Below the pieces are notes generated by a model. It made no database searches. It was given only the letters and a program-made list of their open reading frames with translations, and was not told the origin of the DNA. DNA of 64,000 nucleotides, taken from Deferribacterales bacterium (lineage in GTDB: Bacteria; Chrysiogenota; Deferribacteres; Deferribacterales; Geovibrionaceae). Positions within the stretch are counted from its first letter, which is position 1, and every line of letters starts with the position of its first letter. This document shows, one piece after another, positions 20,477 through 30,490 of this stretch. The translations under genes and the position numbers were made by a program. The stretch covers positions 1 to 64,000 of the forward strand of contig JBFWLW010000002.1 in assembly GCA_050251945.1 (NCBI GenBank), in the 5' to 3' direction.

Positions 20477-21051
20477 TATACAGCGTTAAAGGCTTACTTG
20501 TTGAAAAGCTCCCTACTACGGCGGTTATAGACACGGGAACAGTGGCGTTTGAGATATCCATCTCGGCCGCAACCTACCGCACACTGCCCCAGACAGGCGA
20601 AAAAGCAGGGCTTTACACCCATTTCGTAATGCGCGAGGATGCGGTCGCCCTTTACGGGTTCGCCACCATTGAAGAGAAAAAACTCTTCCTCCTGCTGAAC
20701 ACTATTTCAAAGATAGGTCCGAAGATAGCTCTTGGCATACTGTCAGCCATGGAAGCCAAAAAATTCATGAATGCAGTGGTGCAGAACGATATAACACTCA
20801 TTGCCACCATCCCCGGGATAGGCAGAAAATCAGCGGAAAGAATAATTGTAGAGCTTAAGGATAAGTTCGGTCAGCTTGCCATGCAGCCGGAAGGCTCACA
20901 GGCGGCGGGAGGCACCGAAGATCTGGTCAGTGCGCTGACAAACCTCGGCTATTCGGTCAACGACTGCCGCAAGGCTGTTACGAAGGTGTATAAGACCGAT
21001 GCGGCGTTTGACGAACTCTTCCGCCTCGCCCTGAAAGAGCTTTCACAGTAA
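20473..21051 (+). CDS. ruvA: Holliday junction branch migration protein
   Basis: REDAVALYGF, HhH motifs IGPKIA and IPGIGRKSAERI. Confidence 0.95.
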   Translation: MIYSVKGLLVEKLPTTAVIDTGTVAFEISISAATYRTLPQTGEKAGLYTHFVMREDAVALYGFATIEEKKLFLLLNTISKIGPKIALGILSAMEAKKFMNAVVQNDITLIATIPGIGRKSAERIIVELKDKFGQLAMQPEGSQAAGGTEDLVSALTNLGYSVNDCRKAVTKVYKTDAAFDELFRLALKELSQ

Positions 21052-21059
21052 AACACATA

Positions 21060-21176
21060 CTGCTTCGTCACTATATTCGACAATTAATTGAAAGTAGACT
21101 CATTCAGCCTTCGGCTAGTGTTCCTCGCAGAGACGGCTGTTCGTCTTCGCGAGGGCTTTATGCCCGACGCGATCTG
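21060..21176. repeat. REP-like doublet with a nested module
   Basis: ACTGCTTC..CTCGCAGAGAC..GTCTTCGCGAG..GACGCGATCT; the loop insert is shared with 50328-50374. Confidence 0.75.
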
Positions 21177-21184
21177 AACCAGCA

Positions 21185-21757
21185 TCAGAAACTTGCTAAA
21201 TGCACATCTTTTGCAGTGTATTTCGGCACAAAATGATTCCCTTCGGCATCGCGATAATAAGCAACGTCGCCCGTACAGTCCGTCAGCACAACGTTCTCAA
21301 CGGGATACCCGAAAGCGACTATCCAGAGCAGATTATATCTTTCACCAACACCCAGAAGAGCGTTTATCTCTTTTTTCATACAGTTGCCTATCATACAGCT
21401 CCCAACACCTTTTGCCATGGCGTAAAGGCACATATTCTGCATAGCTATGCCCGAATCCACCTGCGGCATCGCCACTGAGGGCGCTTCGGTATCTGCATAC
21501 ACAGCAACGTATGCAACGGGACGTTCCGCCTCTACAGGTCCATCCCAGTCTTTAAGCCTGCCCGCCCAGCGAAGTTCAGGATAAATCTTTGCACACATTT
21601 CCTCGCTGCTGACGGTAACATATCTCAAAGGCTGTGCATTTGCTCCGCTCTGAGAAAGTCTCGCCGCGTCCACAAGCCCCGACATAAACTCTGCGTCGAG
21701 CTTGCGCGAATTATTAAAGCGCCTGTAAGACCTTGTCTTCTTTATTAAATCCAGCAT
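21185..21757 (-). CDS. Nitroreductase family protein
   Basis: RSYRRF, SGANAQPLRY, GVGSCMIG, FGYP. Confidence 0.9.
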   Translation of the reverse strand: MLDLIKKTRSYRRFNNSRKLDAEFMSGLVDAARLSQSGANAQPLRYVTVSSEEMCAKIYPELRWAGRLKDWDGPVEAERPVAYVAVYADTEAPSVAMPQVDSGIAMQNMCLYAMAKGVGSCMIGNCMKKEINALLGVGERYNLLWIVAFGYPVENVVLTDCTGDVAYYRDAEGNHFVPKYTAKDVHLASF

Positions 21758-21844
21758 TTCTGCCTCCTCTGAAATTGTTATAAAATATACTAATCTGCAA
21801 AACGGACAAAATAAATAGAAAATACCTGTTGACTTTTATCTCTT

Positions 21845-21863
21845 ATTGATATTAAGTATCAAT
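21845..21863. promoter_or_regulatory. Fur-type palindromic operator overlapping a promoter
   Basis: ATTGATATTAAGTATCAAT near-perfect palindrome downstream of a TTGACT -35 element. Confidence 0.6.
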
Positions 21864-21892
21864 ATCATTAACTGCCAAACGAGGAGATATTT

Positions 21893-22228
21893 ATGAAAGT
21901 CTGTATAATAGGTGGTCTGCAAAGAAGAGAGAATGAATATCTTACAGCATGTAAAGAGATAGGAGTAAAAGCGAAAGTGTTCAACGAAATGAGCAACTCT
22001 TTTGAGAACAGCATCAAATGCACAAACTGCGTGGTCTTTCTCACTACTCTTTCCAGTCACAACATGATAAATAAAGCGAAAAACATCTGCCGCAGACACG
22101 ATATCCCGTTCATCTGCATAGACAGAACAAGCCCCGAATCCGTAAGCTGTGCCATAAAAGAAGCAATGGGATGCAAAGACAACTGTAAAGGATGCCTGTT
22201 CCACGCCGAATCCAAGAGAGCAAACTGA
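21893..22228 (+). CDS. DUF2325 family protein
   Basis: MKVCIIGG..VVFLTTLSSHNM pattern; C-terminal CxxCxxC. Confidence 0.8.
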   Translation: MKVCIIGGLQRRENEYLTACKEIGVKAKVFNEMSNSFENSIKCTNCVVFLTTLSSHNMINKAKNICRRHDIPFICIDRTSPESVSCAIKEAMGCKDNCKGCLFHAESKRAN

Positions 22229-22584
22229 TGAGCAACGGGGAGAACAGACTTTTTTCACACCTTCTTTATGAATACAAAAAAGGCATACGCCGCCTCGTCC
22301 TTTACACAGCGCGGATTGAAGAGGCGGACGTATGCCGTATTAAACTGAAAAGAAGCAATATAAGCTGGCACGAAACCCCCGCAAAAGAGGGACGTATAAA
22401 CTTCTTTTTCGGCGACTGCCCGTGCATAAGCATAATAAAAAGCTTTGGCGATAAGCCGCTTAACGGTTTCGACGAAAAAGAGGATTTCATATTGGGCGTT
22501 CTGCTCGGATACGACGTTACAAAACAGTGTGAGCGTTACCTCGGCAACGTAGAGAAGCAGTATTGCGCCGCCTGCTGCGGTTAA
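22228..22584 (+). CDS. DUF2023 family protein
   Basis: HLLYEYKKGIRRL, NFFFG, EDFILGVLLGYD..QCERY. Confidence 0.85.
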   Translation: MSNGENRLFSHLLYEYKKGIRRLVLYTARIEEADVCRIKLKRSNISWHETPAKEGRINFFFGDCPCISIIKSFGDKPLNGFDEKEDFILGVLLGYDVTKQCERYLGNVEKQYCAACCG

Positions 22585-23291
22585 CCGGAAACGTCGCCTA
22601 TTATTATGGTTGCCGGGTGATCATACTCGCCCGTTGCCAGCACTTCGCCAAGAGAGGCGAGTGTCGTTATGCACAATTTTTCATCGGCTGATTCCAGCCT
22701 GCTTCCGATAACTGTCTGAGTGTTGCCGCTCATTCCGTATTTCATGAGCTGTTCGGCTATATAGCCGCCGTTTTTCACACCCATATAAACAACAATGGTA
22801 AGCCCAAGCTCTGCGAGTGCCTTAAAGCTGTAAGGACAGTCACCGTTCTTCGAGTGACCTGTGATGAACACACAGCCGGATACTTTGCGCCTGTCGGTGA
22901 GTGCTTTTGATATCTTCGCCGCCAGAGTGGATGCTGATGTCACGCCTGGAATTATCCTCGCGGACGCTCCGCAGGATTCGGCTGTTTCAGTTTCCTCAAG
23001 CGAACGGGCAAATAGTGTGCTGTCTCCGCCTTTCAGCCTTACAACCCGTTTGTGCCGTTTCAGATGTTCGCAAATTGCGCCGTTTATGTCTTCCTGCCTG
23101 ATGCAGTGCTTGTTATAAGGGTCTTTGCCGACGCTGACGCGCTCGGCAGTTTCAGGTATCATGTCCAGAACGGCAGGATGCAGAAGTCTGTCATAAAGAA
23201 CGCTGTCTGCACTTTTAAGAGCCTCAACACCTTCCAGTGTGATGGATTTAGCTCCCAGCCCCGCTCCGATTATAATAAGTTCTCTTTTCAT
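22581..23291 (-). CDS. cobA: Uroporphyrinogen-III C-methyltransferase
   Basis: IIGAG, YDRL, RLKGGD, IPGVTS, YMG motifs. Confidence 0.88.
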   Translation of the reverse strand: MKRELIIIGAGLGAKSITLEGVEALKSADSVLYDRLLHPAVLDMIPETAERVSVGKDPYNKHCIRQEDINGAICEHLKRHKRVVRLKGGDSTLFARSLEETETAESCGASARIIPGVTSASTLAAKISKALTDRRKVSGCVFITGHSKNGDCPYSFKALAELGLTIVVYMGVKNGGYIAEQLMKYGMSGNTQTVIGSRLESADEKLCITTLASLGEVLATGEYDHPATIIIGDVSG

Positions 23292-23356
23292 TTACGTCTC
23301 TTTTTTAAACGCCGGAGTGTGAGGGCACTCCGGCGCAATGTCTGCAAAACAGGCTG

Positions 23357-24334
23357 TTATTTCAGCTTTATATCTGCTTCAGCAGCAGCTTTCAGCATAT
23401 TGTCCACTACTATTTTTCTAACCATGTGGTTTTCGCCAAGACCTTCCAGAATAGGCACAACCTTAATTCCAGCCTTGGTGAAGATAGTTTTCCATGAGTC
23501 CTCTTCATCCCCTGCCATGTCGTTGTTGGCATGGTCGCCCGCAACAATCATAAGAGGTTTCAGAGTTATCTTTTTAATTTTATCGGTTTTCAGTTTTCCG
23601 ACAACTTCATCCAGATCAGGGTGACCCTCGACAGTTCCCACATATATTTTAGTTTTGGGATACATTTCGTTCAGAAGCTTTTCCAGTTCATAATAGATTC
23701 CGGTTGAAAGATGCTCGTTGCCGTGACCCATGTAGACCAGAGCGGACGAGGATGACGCCGCAAGATCAACGTCTTTTTTAAGGGATTCAGCGAAGGTTTT
23801 GAGGTCTTCGTGATAGTCGTAGTCTCCTGTGATGGGTTTGCCGACAGCGAGTTTGTTAAAAGGCTTCCATTTGTCTTTCAGCGTTTTTATGCCGTCCAGA
23901 CCGTCGACATAGGCCTTAAGGTCGCTGTATTCCTCTCCAGATGTCAGATACGTGGGCTGCACCACAACATTGCGGTATCCCTCGTTCTGAAGATCCGCCA
24001 TGGTGCCAAGCACATTTTTAACACTGTAAAGGTACGCGGGCACGTTTTTATGCTCATTTTTATAAGCGGTGTCATTTTGTCTTTCGTGCCAGACTTTTCT
24101 GATGATATTGGATGTGAACGCCATGCGGACGGGAACGTCTTTCCCCACCGCGGCTTTGATATCCTGTTCAATTTTAAGAAGTGAATCCAGTGTGGATTCG
24201 TAAGTGGTTCCGAATGCGGCTATAACAACCGCACTTTTCTCTTTCGCTTTCTCTTTTTCCATATTCATCTCCGCTGCAAAGGCACCCGAAACAGCCAGCA
24301 GGAGTACGACTACGGACGTGATAAATTTACGCAT
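23357..24334 (-). CDS. cbiK: Sirohydrochlorin cobaltochelatase, signal-peptide (periplasmic) form
   Basis: AFGT, AFTS, MGHG, GTVEG, PLMIVAGDHANNDM; signal peptide after a GGAGG RBS (ATG 24334). Confidence 0.9.
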   Translation of the reverse strand: MRKFITSVVVLLLAVSGAFAAEMNMEKEKAKEKSAVVIAAFGTTYESTLDSLLKIEQDIKAAVGKDVPVRMAFTSNIIRKVWHERQNDTAYKNEHKNVPAYLYSVKNVLGTMADLQNEGYRNVVVQPTYLTSGEEYSDLKAYVDGLDGIKTLKDKWKPFNKLAVGKPITGDYDYHEDLKTFAESLKKDVDLAASSSSALVYMGHGNEHLSTGIYYELEKLLNEMYPKTKIYVGTVEGHPDLDEVVGKLKTDKIKKITLKPLMIVAGDHANNDMAGDEEDSWKTIFTKAGIKVVPILEGLGENHMVRKIVVDNMLKAAAEADIKLK

Positions 24335-24422
24335 CAGCGCCTCCATGAAAAATATTAAACTGTAAAGGGTGTTCTTGAACGTGGAACGGGGTTCCTCTAT
24401 CCTCGTAAAGTTCATAGGCAAA

Positions 24423-24590
24423 GAAGGTGTTCTGGCTCACCGTCATTCTAATCCCCCTGCCTTCCCGCGCCGGCCGGCGCAGTGACAATAAATCGGGGTT
24501 TCGTCAGGTTTACAGCTGCGGGACAGCACCGGATTTAAACCGGTTTCCCTTTTTCTGCCTGCACCCTTGTCAGACTGCAAGGTGATTTTG
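24423..24590 (-). ncRNA. Cobalamin riboswitch
   Basis: Minus strand AAAGGGAAACCGGTTTAAATCCGGTGCTGTCCCGCAGCTGTAA...CACTG..GGGAAGGC..GAGCCAGAACACCT upstream of cbiK-cobA; 5' end approximate. Confidence 0.92.
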
Positions 24591-24832
24591 AACGATAAAT
24601 CCGAAGTTGTCAAGCGGACATAGAAAAACCCCTCCGAAGGGGTGTTACGGAGGGGATTTCAAATGGAAACAAGATAGGAGTTGAATTCAGGGATAATAGG
24701 CTTAGAAAGCCGGATCCGGAGTACCTGCAATTACGCCGGAATATTATCTTAGACGAAGATTACCACACGCATCTTAAAAAAATCTTAAATAAATAACTTG
24801 CAGGCATTATATTCTTTTGTTACTAGTATCAT

Positions 24833-27800
24833 ATGAATAAAAATAAACTGACGGAAAATATCTTTTTAAACAGAAGTGCAAAATTGTCCGCAATTGCCAG
24901 CCAGTTGCATACTAAAAATATTTTTCTGCTGACAGCGGGCGAAGGGACGGGAAAGACCAGCTTTGCACTTGATATAGGAAAGAATTTTTTCGACAGGACA
25001 ATATATTACCAGATAACACAGAAGGACAAAACACCTGCGCACCTTTGCCATAATCTTTACAGAGCCGTACAGACAATGTTTCCCGGTTTCGTCTCAGACG
25101 ACATGGAACAGGCGGAAATGTTCGGCATAGCCCCTCTGGAAGCCGGAAACCTTCTCTTTTCGCTTATGCGTGAATACAAAAAAAGAACACGCATAAGAAC
25201 ACTCATAATTCTGGACGACTTCCAGATGCTCTCTGTTATCGGCGTTTCATATCTCGCCGTGATGTCCACCCTTTCCCTCGCCGGCGGAACGCTGTCGTTT
25301 GCCATAAGCACGCACAGAACCAAAGGCTTTTCAGGGACTTATTCGAGAATTAATAAAGAAGCATACATAATAGACGAGAACTTCCTCAGGCTTACCCATG
25401 AAGAATTCAGGGAACTGGCTGTAAAAAGACTGCCGGATAAGATAATTTTCCGCTCACTCGACAAAATGTACGAAATGACCGAAGGCGTCATTTCCTATGC
25501 GTCTAAGATATTGGATATGCTTTCCGAAACAGATTCGGACTTTTCATCAGAGCTTGCACAGGAGGCCTGCAGCGGCATTTTCAGTTCAACCATAAAAGGA
25601 CTGATGCCGGACGAGTATCACTATCTTCTGAAACTTGCTCTGCTGCCTTCCTTCAATTTACAGCTTCTGAATCTGATCGACCATACAGGCATCGCAGAAA
25701 AACTCATAACAAGACTGAATGAAAAGACAGTGCTGATACACAGGAACAGAGACGAGCAGTACAGATTCAACCGGCTGTTCCGCGAATGGCTCAGGAGCGA
25801 GGCGATGATACGGCTGGCGGGGAGTGAACGCCAGACTTTTTACGATATGGCGGCTTCATACGAGGAAGAGAGAAAAAACCTCGCCTCTGTCGTAGAATTT
25901 CTTATCGCGGCGGAGAGCTTTGACAGGCTCGAAGATTATCTCCAGAAAAACTTTCAACACCTCATACTGCAGGAGAACAGAGGACATCTCGTTGACGTGT
26001 TTTCCGAGATACCTGCGGACGTTTTCAGAAACAGGGCGTGGATACCTCTTGCATTCGGATATGCACTGCTTTCCGTCTCACCGGAAAAAACAAAGGACAT
26101 CTTCCTGCACACCCTCGAAACCTTTACAGCGTTCGGAAACCATTCCGGAACCATAATATCCGCCTGCGGAATGCTCAGCTATTACTGCGGAGTTGCCGGA
26201 GACCTGTCCGAGGGGGAAAAATATTTCGTCAGAATATCGTCCATGATGACAGAAACCTGCAGCGAACTTGAAGAACCTCTTAAAATGGTGGTCTGCGCGG
26301 CATACGGTCAGGGATGTATGAATTTCAAAAGCGGACACCTCGCCGCGGAATATCTCAACAAATCACTTGCTATCGCCGAAAAATATAACGCGGAAAATTT
26401 TAAGCTTTACCTTTATTCACTTTTAGTTTCAGCATACATGACTGCCTGCGAAAAGAAGCTGGCGGAAAAATACTGCAATCTCATATTTCAGAAACTGACC
26501 ATCATTAAACAGGACAGCTTTCTGAAACTTTCTCTTTTAAGCCTGCTGAACCATTATCTAGCTTTGACCGGACAGTTCCATCTCATGCATCTTCTCATGA
26601 ACATGATACGCAGGAAATACCGTCTGCACATGGAACACAGTTTCAGACTGTCCGGATTTTCCAACATCTGCGAACTTGAGAACGCTTTTTCAAAAGGCGA
26701 TATAGAATACGCAAAAATGATATTCGGCAGGCTCCCCGACAGCAACGTCAAAAACCTGCCGGAACATCTAGCGGCTATATTTCTGAGCTTCAAAGCGATC
26801 ACCATGGCGCACGAGTGCGACGACAGCGCAGCAGCTATTGCAGAGATAGCACTGAAAACAAGGCAAAGCGAAGCAAACCCGTTTTTTACTGCATTCGGTG
26901 AGGTGTCTGCCGGAGCCGCCTACACATTTTCAGGAAACCATAAAAAGGCGATACTCCACCTTACTAAAGCGGCAAATCCGGAAAAACCGTCCGCAAACGA
27001 TAATGCCGCAGCCTGCGCCCACGCTTATCTTTCATACCTCTACAATAACATCGGCGACAAAATGCTCGCCAGAGAGCACGCCATATTCTGTATGCGGCTG
27101 ATGAAAAAGACAGGCTATACCCACCTTAGCGCCCTTCTGCCCGAAGTGCTTCTGAACGCCTGCCTTTATACGGTGAACGAACCGTCCGTCTCCTCTTTCG
27201 CGGCGGACATAGCCCGTGCAAAAGTCGATATCGCGTTTGACAGGAATATGCGCCCGATTCCTGTCATGCACATAAAAACACTCGGAAGCCTGTCCATTTC
27301 AATCGGGCAATATAAACTGGACTGCTCCGATATCAGCGTTCAGTTCCGCACGATGCTCGCAATCCTGCTTTCAAGTCACGGCTTCTCTATTGATCAGGAA
27401 CAGATGCAGGTGTATCTGTGGCCGGAAAGCAGCAAGGAGAACGCTCGCAGGAGCCTTGACAACCTTTTGTCGCGTTTCAGAAAACTTTTAACCGACACGT
27501 TCATTGGCATAGACCCGAAAAATTATATAACCCTTCAGAACGGGATGCTCAAAATGCATAACGTCAACTGTGATCTGGAGAGATTCAACGCCCTCATAAA
27601 ATCGGCTTCAGAAAGCTATACCCGCGGTGAATACATGTTTACGGCTATTTCCGTTGCAGAGGCTGAAACTATTTATGAAAATAGATTTTTTGAAGGGCTC
27701 ACAGATATTGTCCCTGTGGAGGGCAAAAGAAGTGAGACCGATGCCAGTTTTATAAATATGCTGAGACTTATGAACTGCCTCTGGTATTTTCTGCCGGAAT

Positions 27801-28018
27801 GTTTCAATCCGGAGCGTCTTTTCGATACTTTTCTTAACAGCTTCATGCACGAAACGGACATGGTCTCGCTGGCATACGGCTATTATGCGCGGAAAGGGAA
27901 AATACAGAAATGCAGGGACATACTGGACAGATACACAGATTTTCTGAACAAAGAAGAGTATTCAAAAACTGAAAAAGCGGAACTTATCTATCTGATCAAA
28001 ACTTCGCACATAAATTAA
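24833..28018 (+). CDS. MalT-like STAND ATPase / TPR / winged-HTH-BTAD transcriptional regulator
   Basis: AGEGTGKT Walker A, IILDDF Walker B, YRFNRLFREWL, C-terminal IKTLG..LWPE..SLDNLLSRFRK..DLERF. Confidence 0.8.
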   Translation: MNKNKLTENIFLNRSAKLSAIASQLHTKNIFLLTAGEGTGKTSFALDIGKNFFDRTIYYQITQKDKTPAHLCHNLYRAVQTMFPGFVSDDMEQAEMFGIAPLEAGNLLFSLMREYKKRTRIRTLIILDDFQMLSVIGVSYLAVMSTLSLAGGTLSFAISTHRTKGFSGTYSRINKEAYIIDENFLRLTHEEFRELAVKRLPDKIIFRSLDKMYEMTEGVISYASKILDMLSETDSDFSSELAQEACSGIFSSTIKGLMPDEYHYLLKLALLPSFNLQLLNLIDHTGIAEKLITRLNEKTVLIHRNRDEQYRFNRLFREWLRSEAMIRLAGSERQTFYDMAASYEEERKNLASVVEFLIAAESFDRLEDYLQKNFQHLILQENRGHLVDVFSEIPADVFRNRAWIPLAFGYALLSVSPEKTKDIFLHTLETFTAFGNHSGTIISACGMLSYYCGVAGDLSEGEKYFVRISSMMTETCSELEEPLKMVVCAAYGQGCMNFKSGHLAAEYLNKSLAIAEKYNAENFKLYLYSLLVSAYMTACEKKLAEKYCNLIFQKLTIIKQDSFLKLSLLSLLNHYLALTGQFHLMHLLMNMIRRKYRLHMEHSFRLSGFSNICELENAFSKGDIEYAKMIFGRLPDSNVKNLPEHLAAIFLSFKAITMAHECDDSAAAIAEIALKTRQSEANPFFTAFGEVSAGAAYTFSGNHKKAILHLTKAANPEKPSANDNAAACAHAYLSYLYNNIGDKMLAREHAIFCMRLMKKTGYTHLSALLPEVLLNACLYTVNEPSVSSFAADIARAKVDIAFDRNMRPIPVMHIKTLGSLSISIGQYKLDCSDISVQFRTMLAILLSSHGFSIDQEQMQVYLWPESSKENARRSLDNLLSRFRKLLTDTFIGIDPKNYITLQNGMLKMHNVNCDLERFNALIKSASESYTRGEYMFTAISVAEAETIYENRFFEGLTDIVPVEGKRSETDASFINMLRLMNCLWYFLPECFNPERLFDTFLNSFMHETDMVSLAYGYYARKGKIQKCRDILDRYTDFLNKEEYSKTEKAELIYLIKTSHIN

Positions 28019-28515
28019 ACAGGGAGGTTGTCAGTCTCAAACACTTGTTTAAGAAATACCGTAACGGCGTTTTTGCCGTATTCAGCCATCTGGGTTTCAA
28101 ACGAAGAATTGCCTGAGGAACGCTCTTTGCGAATACGGCGTTCGATACCTTCCCGCACACTCTCCTGAACGTCGTCCGCGGCACGTTTTGACATATTGCC
28201 CAGAATCTCGTGGGCAAGCCGCAGATCTCCCGTATACCAGACAACAAAAGCGATATCCTCCTGTTTCATACGGCGCAGAACCTCCTGCACCTTCGGTTTG
28301 TTTGAAACAAGGGCGTCCGCCATGACCTTTTTAAGTGCGTCTTTGCCAAGCTTCGGGTTATCCTGCAATTGAGCGCCGATAAGCGCGTGCATGAGCCTCA
28401 TCTCAGCCTTTGACAGCTTCACGGTCACTCTGGAATCAATGCACATGATAAAACTGTCGGAAGTCCCTTCACGTTCGATTGTTATGTTGTTGCTCTCTTC
28501 CAGATTGACCTGCAT
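28015..28515 (-). CDS. Protein with a FliG C-terminal-like domain
   Basis: VQEVLRRMKQEDIA..ILGNMSKRAADDVQE resembles the FliG-C NMSxRAA segment; start uncertain (28542 or 28515). Confidence 0.6.
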   Translation of the reverse strand: MQVNLEESNNITIEREGTSDSFIMCIDSRVTVKLSKAEMRLMHALIGAQLQDNPKLGKDALKKVMADALVSNKPKVQEVLRRMKQEDIAFVVWYTGDLRLAHEILGNMSKRAADDVQESVREGIERRIRKERSSGNSSFETQMAEYGKNAVTVFLKQVFETDNLPV

Positions 28516-28701
28516 ATACGTCTCCGTCTGTTGATACCGCATTATATATTAAAACGTTTAAAAAAAAAGGACATAAATAGTAAGTAAAACAAATTATTTT
28601 TAAAGTATCGGAAATAGTCTCTTGCATGTGGGCATACTATAAGATAATGTTATGGGGTTAAGCATTAAGGCGGCGTCTGCCGCTTAACAGATGAGGCAAG
28701 G

Positions 28702-30126
28702 ATGAAAGAGTACAGAATTTTACAGGGCGGTATGGGCGCAGGTGTTTCCGACTGGCGTCTTGCCCGCGCCGTGGGGGAAAGCGGTGAGATAGGCGTTGTT
28801 TCCGGCACCGCTATGGACGTTATTTTGACACGCAGGCTGCAGAACGGAGACAAGGACGGTCAGATGCGCAAAGCGCTCGCCGCGTTTCCTATAAGAGAAA
28901 TAGCAGAAAGAATAGTAAAAACATACTTCATTGAAGGCGGCAAAGACGAAAAAGCCCCCTATAAACAGATTGAAATGTATACCATGACACCTTCCAGAGA
29001 ACTTCAGGAGCTTACCGTTGCGTCTAACTTCTGTGAAGTTTATCTGGCGAAAGAGGGACACAGCAACCCCATAGGCATCAACCTGATGGAAAAAGTGATC
29101 CTCCCGAACCTCAGCTCCATTTACGGCGCTATGCTCGCCGGAGTTGACTACATTGTCATGGGAGCCGGAATCCCCAGAGAGATCCCCGCAGTTCTTGACA
29201 GCTTCGCAAAGGGCGAAAATGCAAGCCTGCGCCTTTCCGTTGCCGGTGCAGAAAAGGACGAGGACTACAGGATAACTTTCAGCCCTAAAGAAATAATGGG
29301 CGAATACCTTACAGAACTTAACAGACCCAAATTCTACGCCATCGTGTCATCCAACATTCTGGCGACAACAATGGTCAAAAAAACAAAGCCTCCGGTTGAC
29401 GGACTTGTTATAGAACATAACTCCGCAGGCGGTCACAATGCCCCCCCCAGAGGCGGAATAGAGCTTGACGCTCACGGTGAACCCATCTACACGGAAAAGG
29501 ACGAAGTGGAACTTGAAAAGGTTCAGTCACTTGGCGTTCCCTTCTGGCTGGGCGGTTCATGGGGCGAACCCGGCAAACTGAAAGCCGCAATAGCTGCCGG
29601 CGCACAGGGTATTCAGGTGGGAACCATCTTCGCCATGTGCAGAGAGTCCGGTTTTGTGGACAGCATCAAAAAAGCAATAATACAGCATATCCCCGACGTT
29701 TTCACCGACCCGAAAGCATCCCCCACGGGATTCCCTTTCAAAGTGGCGAGAATTCAGGATACCCTTTCCGAGCTTGAGACATATCTGAAAAGACCCAGAA
29801 TATGCAACCTTGGATATCTGCGTTCACTTTATAAAAAAGCTGATGGATCAATAGGATACCGCTGCGCAGCGGAACCCGTTGACTCTTATCTGGCAAAGGG
29901 CGGACTTAAAGAGGAAACAGAGGGCAGAAAATGCCTCTGCAACGCTCTGGTGGCAAATATCGGACTGCCCACCATCTATAAGAACGGATACATCGAGCAC
30001 TACCTTATAACTGCCGGTGATACACTGAAAAAGATAGGAGATTTCATCAAAGATGGCAGAGACAGCATCTCCGCCGCAGAGATAATCGAAATTCTCCGCA
30101 GTGACCTTGCACCCTCAGAGGCATAA
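28702..30126 (+). CDS. Nitronate monooxygenase / FabK-like flavin TIM-barrel protein
   Basis: ILQGGMGAGVS, MGAGIP, AGGHNAPPRG, GIQVGT, SPTGFPFK. Confidence 0.85.
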   Translation: MKEYRILQGGMGAGVSDWRLARAVGESGEIGVVSGTAMDVILTRRLQNGDKDGQMRKALAAFPIREIAERIVKTYFIEGGKDEKAPYKQIEMYTMTPSRELQELTVASNFCEVYLAKEGHSNPIGINLMEKVILPNLSSIYGAMLAGVDYIVMGAGIPREIPAVLDSFAKGENASLRLSVAGAEKDEDYRITFSPKEIMGEYLTELNRPKFYAIVSSNILATTMVKKTKPPVDGLVIEHNSAGGHNAPPRGGIELDAHGEPIYTEKDEVELEKVQSLGVPFWLGGSWGEPGKLKAAIAAGAQGIQVGTIFAMCRESGFVDSIKKAIIQHIPDVFTDPKASPTGFPFKVARIQDTLSELETYLKRPRICNLGYLRSLYKKADGSIGYRCAAEPVDSYLAKGGLKEETEGRKCLCNALVANIGLPTIYKNGYIEHYLITAGDTLKKIGDFIKDGRDSISAAEIIEILRSDLAPSEA

Positions 30127-30129
30127 GCC

Positions 30130-30459
30130 TTGAGCAGTTTTGCCGATACCTGCGGCTCCGGTCGCTATGCCGTAATCTTCACATCCAAACGCACCGAAGG
30201 TGACAACGGATATGAGAAAACCGGCGACAGTATCGTCGGACTGGTGTCGAACTTCAAAGGTTTTCTGGGTGCGGAGAGTGTCCGCAGCACAGACGGATTC
30301 GGAATAACCGTTTCATACTGGGACAGCATGGAGAGCATTGAGGCATGGAAGAACAATGCCGAACATGCGAAGGCTAAGCAGAACGGAATAAGCAAGTGGT
30401 ATGAAGAATACCGCATCAGAATATGCAGGATAGAAAACGAAGCATCATTTACAAAATAA
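30130..30459 (+). CDS. Antibiotic biosynthesis monooxygenase (ABM) domain protein
   Basis: YAVIFTS, GFLG.ES, GITVSYW, AWK..H..G...WY. Confidence 0.88.
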   Translation: MSSFADTCGSGRYAVIFTSKRTEGDNGYEKTGDSIVGLVSNFKGFLGAESVRSTDGFGITVSYWDSMESIEAWKNNAEHAKAKQNGISKWYEEYRIRICRIENEASFTK

Positions 30460-30490
30460 CAGAAAAAGGCGGTCAACTGACCGCCTTTTT

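Noticed and set aside
20473..21180. Missing ruvB
   Set aside because: ruvB is often unlinked and no remnant is visible.
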